Source: Amoebidium appalachense (Eukaryota; Protista; Ichthyosporea). From it: a DNA stretch of 64,000 nt. The position numbers and the translations under genes are program-made. How positions within the stretch are numbered: position 1 is the first letter of the stretch; every line of letters begins with the position of its first letter. Below, piece after piece: positions 16,108 to 28,900 of the stretch. The stretch covers positions 12,801,252 to 12,865,251 of the forward strand of contig CAVNZM010000003.1 in assembly GCA_963693365.1 (NCBI GenBank), written 5' to 3'. A model generated the notes under the pieces. The model saw nothing but the letters and a program-made list of their open reading frames with translations. It searched no databases and was not told where the DNA came from.

Positions 16108-19100
16108 AGAGGGAGAGAGAGAGAGAGAGAGGGGGAGAGAGAGAGGGAGAGAGAGAGAGGGAGAGAGAGAGAGAGAGAGAGAGCACAAAGAAGGAAAGCA
16201 GACACGAATACAAACAAGCTAGGACACATACATACTTCAAGGCTCTTGCTGTCATACATGGTGACGTATTCCAACATCCCCACTCAAGGGGTTGAAGTTT
16301 GTGTTCTCGTGTCTGTTGATGTGACGGTAGATGAGGTCCAAACACAGGAGGGGCCGTCACACTCAAGTTTCCCCACTCGAGGATGCAAACCGAAGATCCT
16401 TGAGGTGGGAAGGAGAGAATCAAAACTGAAGAGGCACACAACGACGGTTGCCTCTGAAGACTCGAAATAAGAAATCATGGTGGTTATCGGCGATATATAT
16501 ATATATATATATAGGACACACTAGTGTATGTGTGACGTGTTGGTGGCTAATGGTTTATACTGGGGACCACCCAGGTAAACACAAGGCATGAACATCTTGT
16601 GGACTGATTTATAGACTGGTGGTCAACCAGTTAAGACACGGGGAAGGTGCATCCCGTGGACTAGGTTTAGACTGGCAGTCAACCAGCACGTCATGGCTAT
16701 AGATAATTATTTGTACTGGGACGCCATCCCAGTTCGACATATATATAAGTCGAATATAGAAGAAAACCAATATATATGGTGGGATATGAATATAAATAAA
16801 CGACGGATGGGGGAGAATAATCCCCACTGAAGATGCACACATATGACGATGGAAGACTGAGTCCCCACTGATGAAGAGAAACGATGAGGAGTAGTAGACT
16901 TTCGTTGGGAGGCATCTTGATCACTGTAGGGGTGTCAACTGCTGTCCAGGGCCCCAACCTACTCAGAAACCACTCGATGATGAACACCAGTGCACGGGGC
17001 AGTCACGGAGACTGTGGATGGCACGGTGTGTGTCGTGGGCCGGACCAGCCAGAGGCTTGGTGAAGATGTCGGCCAGGTTCTTCTTGGTGTCGATGTAGGT
17101 GACAGTGACGTCCCCACTGTTGATGTAGTCCTTGGTGTAGAAGTAACGACGGGGGACGGGATGGAGGGGCTCAGGGGCCGGGGGAGTGTCTGGGACAGAC
17201 ACTCGGGGTTCGGGGATGGGAGCCTGGATGGCGGGGATGGGTGCCGTGTTGAGGGGGGAGTCGGATGACACGGGGCTGGACAGGGCCGAGTGGAACTCCG
17301 GAGACCCAGGACGAACCGGGGTTAGATGACCAGGTACGTGGTCATTGACGGCAGGGGCCGGCAGCAGGTGTCATGTGCTGAGCTGATTCGTATTAGTTTA
17401 CTTCTATATTTTGTGTTTTGGTGAGTTAATTTCGGGGGTTTTCTTGCATAGTGATGCCGGGGTCTAAATGGGGTATGAGGAGATTAATCAGTGGTATGGG
17501 GAGAATCTGATGCAGCGGCGGCTGATTGTTTGGTGCGCGCGTGCATGCCCCATGCCTCTGCGTACTCTCCATGTTAAATGTTGTATTGCTTCTTGCTGTG
17601 TGCGTGGCGAGACCCATGTTGCCTGCTCGCGTGTGTGTATGCTTATATGTATTGTGAGTAAACGTGTGTACGTGTTGTAGTGCTGTAGGGGTGTCTGAGG
17701 TCGCGGTAGCCAATGGTGTGGAGTGCGTGTAGTCTGTGGGGGAGGGAGTGTTGTGATTGGCTGAATGTCACTGTGGTATTTGTCTGGCCAGTGGGCCGCG
17801 TGTCTGTGAAGTGTCTCGCGGGGTCGCGGGCTTTTGGAAGTTCTTCTCAGAACACAAAAAACTCGCTTCCCACCCAACTCAAAGAAAAGTTTATACGTAT
17901 ACACAGTTTCGAGCCCCTTTAAGCGTGCAGATAGTTAGAGTAGTTTGTATACACTCTGTTTGTAGGTACGACAAGCTACACCCCCTTTCTCTGCAGTTTT
18001 TTGCAGGGAGGGGGCACACGCACTGTTAGTCCTTCTGGGCTGTTGCTTTCACCCCTAGTTTTTTTTTTTTCACGCCTAGCGGTTATGAGTGGTTTTGTCT
18101 TAGGCCTTTTTCGACGGTTAGAGGTAGAAGAAACATACGCACACACAGACCTACAGCTAGCAACAGTTGGCATAGGCAACATGAGCAGTAGGACTAGTAT
18201 CACAGGGGACTTAGTCCTCGCTAAGGACCTTGACCTCCCTAGGTGACTTAGCAAGCTCAGGGCCGTTTGCCCAGCAGAGGCCTCAGAAGGGACCGGCGGC
18301 GGTCACCCTCCCCACGGCGCTACCAGCCCTACCAGCCACGGCCACAACGGGATAACAGATGGGCCAGGCTGGCGTCTTTGGGCGGGACAGCAAGAGCCGG
18401 CGCCAGGCTCTTTCCCAGGCACCTGCGACAACTGCAAGGAGCGGGGGCAACGCGTGGTGTAAACAGCCCCGTCGTGGGGGGCAGGGACGTCGGTGACCGT
18501 GTTGCTGGTATGAAGGTTTTATTAGGGGGTAGGCCGTCTCTTGGGTTGTTGTTGTTGTATGAGAGTTGTGTATTGTTATTTTTCGCTGGGTTTTCTACTG
18601 GTGCCTGGCGTTTTCGACGTGTGTATGAGTCCTGTGTTGGCGACGTGTGTGGTTAGGGTCAGTGGAATAGAAAGTCCTGCTGCTGTTTGGGAGCTCGGCC
18701 CTCTGACGAGGGGGCTGGGGGGGGGGTCGAAGTGTAGTCATGGCAGTGGCAGGCCCCCACTGTTGTGAACCCCCGTCGTCAAAGGGCCTGGTGCTGAGGC
18801 CCCTTGGAGTGGCTGCCCTGGGCCTGGTGTTGAGGCCCTTTAGAGTGGCTGCCCGTAGTGTTGTTGAGTAGTGTTGTGGTGCCCAGTGCAGCAGTAGGCC
18901 TTAGACACACCGCTGGGTAGGGCACGGTTGGGGCGGAGGCATTCCCAAACCACCGGGACCTACGTAGTAGGAGTCTTTGTCGGGTAGAGGAATGGCCAGC
19001 AAGAGAGTCTGGAGGTGTACGTCACATGAGTCTGGAGGTGTTCGTCACGGCATGTTTGGTTGTGTTAGGAATTCTTTGTGGACGGGGGCTGCACGTGCGT

Positions 19101-22100
19101 GTAGAAGGTTAAAAAAAAAAAAAAAAAAAAAAAGACAGGACTCTCAGAGTCCAGGCGGACTCTCATAGTCCGCTGGAGGACCATACGAACCGACCCAAAA
19201 TGTAAACTTTACATTTTCTCCCACTGGCATCATGTCTGTTGCTATGTTCCACTCGATATAACATTGTGCCAGGGGCATGGGGTTTTGGGTGCAGGTTGTG
19301 GACGGGGGCAGAGGTGCATCTACAAGGCAACGTCAGTGGCGGTTCATATTATCCTTGTTTTGGGGTTGGGTTGGGTACTAACCATGCTGGGGTGGTGCGT
19401 GGATGCATGTATATGTTTTATGTTATATGTTATATGTTGCTTCCTGCATGGTTAGCGGTAGTTGTAGTCGCTCAGCACATAACTTTATTTTGTTTTTAGG
19501 TAGTTTTTACTGAGGTGGAACTCAGTTATTTTCTGTGCGAGGGGGGAGTTGTCATGTGCTGAGCTGATTCGTATTAGTTTACTTCTATATTTTGTGTTTT
19601 GGTGAGTTAATTTCGGGGGTTTTCTTGCATAGTGATGCCGGGGTCTAAATGGGGTATGAGGAGATTAATCAGTGGTATGGGGAGAATCTGATGCAGCGGC
19701 GGCTGATTGTTTGGTGCGCGCGTGCATGCCCCATGCCTCTGCGTACTCTCCATGTTAAATGTTGTATTGCTTCTTGCTGTGTGCGTGGCGAGACCCATGT
19801 TGCCTGCTCGCGTGTGTGTATGCTTATATGTATTGTGAGTAAACGTGTGTACGTGTTGTAGTGCTGTAGGGGTGTCTGAGGTCGCGGTAGCCAATGGTGT
19901 GGAGTGCGTGTAGTCTGTGGGGGAGGGAGTGTTGTGATTGGCTGAATGTCACTGTGGTATTTGTCTGGCCAGTGGGCCGCGTGTCTGTGAAGTGTCTCGC
20001 GGGGTCGCGGGCTTTTGGAAGTTCTTCTCAGAACACAAAAAACTCGCTTCCCACCCAACTCAAAGAAAAGTTTATACGTATACACAGTTTCGAGCCCCTT
20101 TAAGCGTGCAGATAGTTAGAGTAGTTTGTATACACTCTGTTTGTTGCCACGACAGCAGGGGTTGCTGGCCGGTGGGGGGGTGGGTGGGTGGACCCACGGG
20201 GGCAGGCACACGACGGGGGGAACGACGGAGAATCACTGACTGAATCTCATCGTCATCGGAGTGAGGATCCAGGGACGGCAGTGATGGATCGATTGAAGTC
20301 GGCTGATTGGTGGTCGGCACAGAAATCTGATTGGATGCCGTGGTGAATTGTGATTCGTCAAAGACAGGGGCTTCGGAAGCGGGGGCAGGCAGCACGGTAG
20401 GCTGGCTACAAACGTGGATGGGAACGGCCGGACCTGGCAGCACGTGTTGCTTGCCAGGGTCGGGGGGTAACGGGGGGGAAACAGCTGCAGGGGTAACTGG
20501 GGCCCGTGCAGGGTTTGGGGGAGCTGAGAGCTCGACGAGGCTGGCCACGTGATCGGAGGAAACTGCTGCCGGAATGCGGGGCAGATCAATGGAATGTGAG
20601 GGGTCCGGCGACAGTGACGGCACGGTGGTGGGAACAGGGTTGGAAATCCTGGAAGGGAGCATGTTGGACGACATGGTAAACGGTTCTGGCAGGGACTCGG
20701 GGCCGGGACTCCTATGGAGTAGGAAAGCACAAATTGCTTGGACTGTGTTGAACACGGGAGACTGGAAAGAAGTACCGAATTTGGGTACTTCAGATGGACT
20801 TGAGGGAGGATAGTCAAGTCGGATCGAGACGGGGTGTCAAATGATCGTCGATCGGAATGGAGCCGGGGTTTGAAATTTGACGAGTGATTGGGATTTCGAT
20901 GTTATGGAATGGGAGCCTCCGGGGCAGACAGGGCGGCGCGGTGGAGACCACGTCGGGACAGGGGGACACGTCATGAAGTGTCAAAGAAGAACTTGGAGCG
21001 CGACGGCAGAACCAAGGGTGGAGGAAGGTTTGACGTGACGGAGAGGAACCAGGATGGAACTGGAAGGAGGGCAAGCTGAAACTTGCAAGGATGGCACGAT
21101 TGTCAAGGCATGACAGAAGCTCTTGTCAAGATGAGTCAGATCTTGTCAAGGGGAGTGACGGAGGACCGGTTACGGCCGGTCGCGGGAGGAGCCGAGAGGC
21201 TAGGTGACGGCGGGAAGTGCCAGAGACGGAATGTGCAGAAAAGCACAGACGGGTTTAGGGGACGCCAGGGAGAGATGTACACGGCCTCAGCACCAAGAGG
21301 AAGGGGGGGCGGCGTCAATTCACGGAATAGGTACTCAACGTTAACACGCAAGTGACCATTAGATGAGGTGCATGAGGAGCTGACCACAGCTATGATGTGT
21401 ACCAGGAATTTAACGATTGCTAGTGTGTTGCGAGAGGGTGCGAAAATGGGCCCATAACCTGTTTTTTTTTGTACGGGTCTAAGGGAGCAGAGTGCACAGA
21501 GGTGTCATGTAAAACACGACTAACACATTAATGAGAGGGCAATCGGAGTTGTTCACGAGACATTGAAAGATTTCAAACAACAACTAAATCTTTATTGTGC
21601 TCTCGGTTCCTTTTGTACTTGCGACTTATCACCTTATCACAACTAAAGAGGGAGAACCAATCGGTTCTATCAGAAGATAGAAAAACACATTCCGACAGAG
21701 CATACGCATTCCAACTTCCGATTAAACTAAAGTGTAGAAACTCTTACTTAAATAAATTAAGTAATTATACATCTAGTCACTATTAACTCACATATATATT
21801 TATGTTCGTCTCTATAAAGAAACTTATTTAAATACATATATTTCCCAATAGTCGACACTCTCAAAGTGAAGACACTTTGCAATAAACCGAATTCCATATA
21901 TATCTATTGTCCAATCACAACACACATATATTAACAGACAGGAATGCACAACACAATCTACAGATGTACTCGCTCGCGACTATTGGCGAGCCATCCTTTT
22001 GAGAACAAAACTAGGCCATTTTGAAATAAAGGAAAGACAACGAGTGAGGCTAGCCAATCACGCTACCTCTCAGATAAACAGAGGAGAGCAAACAGAAATA

Positions 22101-22416
22101 CAATAAGTTCTTATCAGGCAAGAGAGCCAGGTGTGCACAGATCTACAGATATCTGTGCCCACAGAAACAAGGGAGAGAGAGATACGGGGGGGGGGGGGGG
22201 GGGGGGGAGAGAGAGAGAGGGAGAGGGAGAGAGGGAGAGAGAGAGAGAGAGAGGGGGAGAGAGAGAGGGAGAGAGAGAGAGGGGGAGAGAGAGAGAGAGA
22301 GAGAGCACAAAGAAGGAAAGCAGACACGAATACAAACAAGCTAGGACACATACATACTTGGGGGTTTACGCTGTTTTCAAGGCTCTTGCTGTCATACATG
22401 GTGACGTATTCCAACA
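15332..22416 (-). mobile_element. Non-autonomous Copia deletion derivative
   Basis: LTRs at 21460-22416 and 15332-16276, TSD AGCCC, PBS GGTTATGGGCCCA, PPT GAGTGGGGA; retains only the IN-RT linker (FDESQFTTASNQ) and the RNase H tail (NLADIFTKPL). Confidence 0.92.
17369..20154 (+). mobile_element. Non-autonomous LTR element (605-bp LTRs, gag-like remnant only)
   Basis: LTRs at 17369-17973 and 19550-20154 (TGTCA...CGACA), TSD GCAGG, PPT GAGGGGGGAG; interior has RRRSPSPRR and TCDNCKERG (partial knuckle) at ~18270-18460 and no pol. Confidence 0.88.
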
Positions 22417-22556
22417 AGCCCACACCCTACGAAGCAATCAAAAGATAGCCCAAAATAGAGATATACTTAATAGTTTACATGGACCACATCGGATTACTAG
22501 GATAACCATCGGATACACAACGGATTCCCCCCGACCTACGAAAATTTGTTGTCAAC

Positions 22557-22964
22557 ATGGCAGCTGCAGCTCAAGCTATCACCGAGCTGTCGACAACGCT
22601 GCGGGCTATGCAGCTAGCACAGGCCCCACCCGTAGCACTCCCGAAGTACGAAACGAGCCAGAATGCCGCGCTGACGTGTGGATTGAGTCGTTCGAGCAGG
22701 CGACCAGCGGAGCAGCCTATGCAGGCAACCACCGCCACACTATGCTCCCACAGTGTCTAGGCACCACCGCCACCCCTTTGTTCCACAGCACCATTCAACC
22801 ACGCTTGCTGCAGGGACACTACAACAACAACTGGCCCCTGTTGAAACAAGACTTCCTCGACGTTTTCCACGACCTTATCCGTCAAAAGCAGTATAAGTCG
22901 GCCTTTAAGGGCTTCAAGTACGACCCCACGGTCGACAACCCCCAGACATGGACACAGGCGTTCG
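22557..22964 (+). pseudogene. Gypsy gag, 5' part (frameshifted, split by Copia)
   Basis: MAAAAQAITELS...ALPKYE / ADVWIESFEQ...WPLLKQDFLDVF; after removing the Copia and one TSD copy the frame continues as TQAF-ELAAHAV downstream of 29692. Confidence 0.75.
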
Positions 22965-25900
22965 TGTTGTAATACGTAGTATTTACATATGGTAAGATCT
23001 TCTCAGTTTGTGTTATGTTTCAGTTCATATGCTTAGTGTAAATGCCACACTCCTATTATGTAAAGTGTAGCATCGATCTCCGATATGCTTGTATACTTGT
23101 AATCGTGTTGTATCGGCTTTAATCGTGTATTGTAATATCGATTAGAATATTTATATGTGTGTACACGGATCCACCCACTCAGGGAGAGACGTGTACATGT
23201 TCGTGTGTACATAAATATCTCTGGTTATAGTTATGCTATTACTATCTTGTTTGTTGATCTGTGCTCTCTTTTCCTTCCTCTTTCTCCTTCCTTATTTTCT
23301 TTTCTTTCTCTCCTTGTCTTCATGTGTATAATCGTATTTCTTTTCTACTAATATATGTTAGGTAGATTTGTGTTACTTAATACGTGTTCATTGGACGGTA
23401 ACACACTTAGGCTACACTTAGAATAGCATGTGTGTTTAGACTTCATTAATTCACTTTAGTTTTCATGTGTTGCCGGGCTTTAACCAATCATCAAGGTTAA
23501 GTGTGATATGTCTGAGTCTTTGCAGTATGTCATAGGTTAGAACTTCCTTGATGATGACACGAGTTGATCCTAACTAGTGTCTGTGTCCTATCGTGTACGC
23601 CTCCGCGTACCGGATCTCTCTGAAAGCAATTGGTTCTTAGTGATTGGTTTCTATTAGAGATGGATCTGATTTCCGACTGGTCGGAAATCATGTATGGATT
23701 GGACTTAGAGGAATTTCAGGTATTTATTCGAAGATCAGAATAAATTCAGTTCAGTCGTGTCTAAACATTGATGTCTGTTGTGTACACTGCTCCGATCGTT
23801 CCGTGTTTTGTTGTTGTGTGTGTCTGTGGTGTTTTCACACTGCACCACTGTGTCTCTGCTTACATCCCAAATACTAATAGAAATTTAACAGGTTATGCAG
23901 CCCTTTTGTACGCTCCCTACACACATCTAGAACTCGCGCTCGTTTTTCAATCATGGATCCAAACAAAACTGGCGTAAACAAAATCACCATGTGGAAAGGT
24001 GAAGGGAAGACTGGTCCCGATAGCAAAACTACCTATTTTCAATGGGAAATCATTTTTCTCGGCATGATGACCGGCACTAAAGGTGTCCGACTCGTGGATG
24101 TTGTCCTTGCTGACAACTACGTCCCCCCTACCACCGTCGCGGTTGACGGTGAACCCCCCTTCTATGGCTACGGCACTACCGCGGAACTCAAAGAGGCCCG
24201 CAATTGCCTCCTGCTCCATATGATACAGAACATCGACCCTTCCGTCCTCACCACCGTTGCCCAGTACCGTATTGGCATGGACCCTGAACGGGCCATGTGG
24301 AAATTCCGTCAACACTATCTCCAAGGCAAACCCGATCAGATCCGCATCCTTCACCGTCAGTGGGATGCCTGTGCCCTTCAGCCCGGTGAATCATTCACCA
24401 CCTACCTGAGCCGTCTGCAGACCATCGTGAACCAGCTCCAGTCTCTCCAAGATGAGTCCATTCACTTCACTCGTCTAGCTGAGAAGTTCTTCAATGAACT
24501 CACCACCAGAGACGACCTCACCCCTGAGTTCAATCGTCTTATCGAAGACTATCACTTCGGTGATAAGCTATTCCCCGACTTCGAGTCCCTCCATAACCAC
24601 GTCAAGGGCATCGAGTTACGTCAAGACCTCAAGATGCAACTCCGGAACAACCGTGCCCACCGTGCCTCCAAGTCCAGCATGGCATTAAATGCCAGTGCTC
24701 CCCCCCGTGATCTTCCTCGCCGTGACTTACGCACCCGACTTGACCGTACCTCTGGCACGGACCTCCGAACTCGTCTCTCCCGTCAGCACACCCGATCCCG
24801 TTCCCCCCACCGGCCTGCCTTCCGGTCCACGTCTCGTTCCCCCAGTCGTTCCCGTTTCTCGGGTTCCCGTCGTTCTGATTCCCCGGCTCGTTCTAACACC
24901 CCGTCCGTGAAAGAATGCTCCTACTGCCACGAGCCTGATCACACGATCATCGATTGCCCTGAGCCGAAATGCCGTATGTCCAGACACAACCGTTCCCGTC
25001 AAGGCAGTGAGAAATCTGTCTCCTTTGCTTTCTCGGCATACAATGCTAGCTCCGTCCCCGTGTCCTCCGACCCTGCCTGGGATTCCGGGTGCAACATGAC
25101 TGTTTGCCCCACCCGTGAGTTCTTCCATGACCTCACTCCCCTTCCGACACCGACTCCCGTTGCTGCCTTCAATGGCACCCCCGTCTTGGCCACTCACACC
25201 GGCCATATCGTCATCAACACCACCACCGACCATGGCACTACCACCCTAACCATTGAAGCCTACTACACCCCGTCTGGCCAAGCCTTCCTCATTTCAACAT
25301 CCCAAGCTGCTGCCGAATACATCAAGGGTGATTTGAACGATGCCTCCACTCCGTCATTCCTCTTCGACCGACTCACCGGCCGTCATCTCGTCAACCTCCG
25401 TCTACACAACGGTCTGTATTACTTCAAGGACTACACCATTCAACCACCCACTCGTCCTGTGGCTCTGGCTGCCACTACCAGTGTTAACCCATCCATCTGG
25501 CACCATCGTCTGGGGCACCGAGCTATGACCAGCATCAAGGACATGGTGAAACACGACCTTGTTATTGGTCTCCCCTCCTCTGTCCTCGACTGTGATGTTC
25601 CTGATTGTCATGGCTGCATTATGGGTAAGACCACCAAGGCTCCGTTCAGGGGTGACCGTCCTCACTCCAACATCCCCGGTCATGAATGGCATTGGGATTT
25701 TTTTGAGCCTACCACAACATCGTACGGAGGTTCCAAGGTTGCTCTCGTCACTGTCTGCCGTGCCTCTGGCCTCGTCAAGATCTACCCGATGGCCGACCGT
25801 ACCACCACCCTGGATATTCTCACAGCTCACACCAACCTCGTTGCCACCCATGCCCCCTCCAAAGTTGGTGTTTACCACTTCGACTCCGGCTCTGAGTTCA

Positions 25901-28900
25901 CCTCCAAGGATACCCGTGCTTTTTGCCTCTCCCAGGGCATCAAGGCCAGCTATGCTCCGGTGGACTGCCCTCAACTGAACGGCTATGTTGAACGACGTAT
26001 GCGGTTCCTCCAAGAGATTGTCCGTTGCCTCCTCCATCAAGTCCAAGATCAGTCTCTGTCTCCCAAACTGTGGGCTGAGGCCCTCCAACATGCCGCCTAC
26101 ATCATCAACGTCACCCCGTCCACGACTGCCAATGGTCGTACACCATTCGAGGTTTTCTACGGTGTCAAGCCCGACATCTCCGAGCTCAAAGTGTTCGGTT
26201 GCCCTGCCTACACTCACGTGCCAGCCTCTAAACGGAACAAGCTGGCCCCCACCGTCAAACTCGGCATGTATATCGGCTATGATCTTCAATCACACTGCCA
26301 CCGGATCTTCAATGCCACCACCCATCGTGTCGGCCTCTTCCGTGATGTGATTTTCGACGAATCAGCTTATCTCCCGTCCGACATTCCATCAACCCTTCCG
26401 ACCCCCGACACCACTGCTACCTCGACCACCCCACCCCCCACAGTTGACACTGAAGATGATGTTTGTCTGGTGTACTCTGGCCCCCCTCCTGCCATCGTCG
26501 TTCCCCCGACACCCCCCCCCCACCGGCCCCCCTGCCCCCGTGCCCGTCCAGCCTGCCGACCCTCATCCTGGCCCTGGCAACGTCACACCCATCCGACCCG
26601 GCTCCCCCGACAACTTCCACTCGGCCCCGTCCAGCCCGGAGGTTGCCCCCCCTGCACTTCCGAACTTCCAAGTTCCCCCCCCACCGTCTCCACCTACCCC
26701 GGTTCCTGCACCCCGTCGTTCTGCCCGTCTCCAGGGCAAGGTTGGACTTCAAGCCACCACCACCCTGCCAGTCCCCCCCGGTCCCCCCATCAACATCGAC
26801 CAACTACCCAAACTTGTCCGTCAACTCTGTTCCGGACCCAATGGTGATCAGGTCAAGTCAGCCCTGACTGCTGAGTATCAAGCCTTCGTCGACAAAGACA
26901 TCTTTGAACTTTATGACCCTCCCCCTGGTGCTAACATCGTCGGCTTCAAGTGGATTGTCTCCGAGAAAACTCTCAACTCGGCTGGTGACACCAAGATCAA
27001 GGCACGTGGTGTTGCTCAAGGCTTCAGTCAGCAATACGGTGTTGACTATGAGTTGATTGAGAGCCCTGTCATCCGTCCGGCTGCTCTCCGTGCCATCCTA
27101 GCTCTGGCCGTTGTTGAAGGTCATGACATACATCAACTCGACGTGTCTACGGCCTTTCTCAACAGCCCACTCACCGAGACCATCTACATGAAACAACCCC
27201 CGGGATTCATCACCATGGCCACACTTGGCAAGGTCTGGAGACTCAAGAAAGCCCTGTACGGCCTCAAGCAAGCCTCCAAGGCTTGGTACGACTTCCTCGA
27301 CGGCATTCTTCTTGCCCATGGCCTGACCCGTACTAAGACCGACCCGTGCATCTACCTCCGGTTCTTCCCCAACAACGATGTGGTACGGGCTGGTAACTAC
27401 GTCGATGACTCCACCATCACCAACACCCGGGGTTCTACTGCTGCCAGTGACCTGGCTGCCCACATCAGCAAGATGGCCAGCTGTCGTATGAGTCCATTTG
27501 ACCGTATGCTCGGTGTTGATTTTAATCACTCTGATCCCCATCACCTCCACATGCACCAGAGGTCTTACATCATGGATATCATCCACGACTTCAACCTCAC
27601 CGATGCCAAGTCCAAGTCTACCCCCATCCCTGCAGGCACCACCGTCTCCCTGGCTGATTGCCCCCCCCAACCGTTCACCGTGCCCTACCGTGAGTTACTC
27701 GGCCGTCTCCTCTGGGTGGCACGGTGCACACGTCCCGACATTGCCTATGCCATCGGCTTCCTTGGTCGGTTCAGCACCAACCCCGGCAAGACTCACTGGG
27801 ACCTTCTCCGTCGTGTGGCCCGGTACCTGCTCGGCACCATTGACCTTGGCATTGACTACAAGTACTCGGCCACCCAGTCCCCCATACTCGAATGCTACAC
27901 GGATGCTGACTTTGCTGGTTGTGCCGACAGCAAGAAGTCTACCACCGGCTACATTATCGTGTTTGCTGGTATGCCCGTCATCTGGTACTCCAAGCTCCAG
28001 CCCATCACGGCCACCAGCACCACTGAAGCTGAGCTGATTGCTCTCAATGCTGGCACCCAAGAAGTTGCTTGGGTCCGTGACCTCTTCAAGGAACTCGGCT
28101 GTCCCATGCTTGCTCCGACTCCGGTGTACTGTGACAACCAGTCGACCATTGCCATCGTCAACTCCACCGGCATCAAGCACCGTACCAAACACATTGCCGT
28201 CCGGTATCACAACACCAAGGACTACATTGCCAGTGGGGACGTGGTTGTCCACTACGTTGAGTCAGCCCACAACTTAGCTGACATACTCACCAAACCCCTC
28301 CCCGGCCCGAGTCATGTCCACCATCGTGCTCGACTTTGTTTACCGGATATTGTGGATTGACCCGACCTACTTCAAGAGTGATTTTCTCATGTGTACTACT
28401 TACTTTATCAACATCATTATATCATATGTATTGCCTTTGTGGGTATGCCCACTTAGGGTTTATATATAAGGTTTGACCTGTACCATCACTCTACTCTATC
28501 TTTCACTGGTTTAAAACCCAGTTAATCAAACACCGCCTATACACGTTATATATATTCGTTGTTTTTGCCCCGGTTCCTTCCCCCCTCCCCCCCCCCCTTC
28601 CCCCCTTCCCCCCCCTTCCCCCCCCTCCCCCCCTTCTCCCCCCCCCCCCCCCCCCCCGGGAAAAGTACACACTTTAATTTTTTTTTCCGTTTCTGTTCTC
28701 AAGTGGGGAGATTTCACTAGTTCAGTGGGGATATGATAACACAAACTTCAAAGTCTTAAGTGGGGATGTTGTAATACGTAGTATTTACATATGGTAAGAT
28801 CTTCTCAGTTTGTGTTATGTTTCAGTTCATATGCTTAGTGTAAATGCCACACTCCTATTATGTAAAGTGTAGCATCGATCTCCGATATGCTTGTATACTT

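Noticed and set aside
24727-28252. Antisense ORFs in Copia pol
   Set aside because: Shadow frames caused by strong C-ending codon bias; the same applies to 44519-48454.
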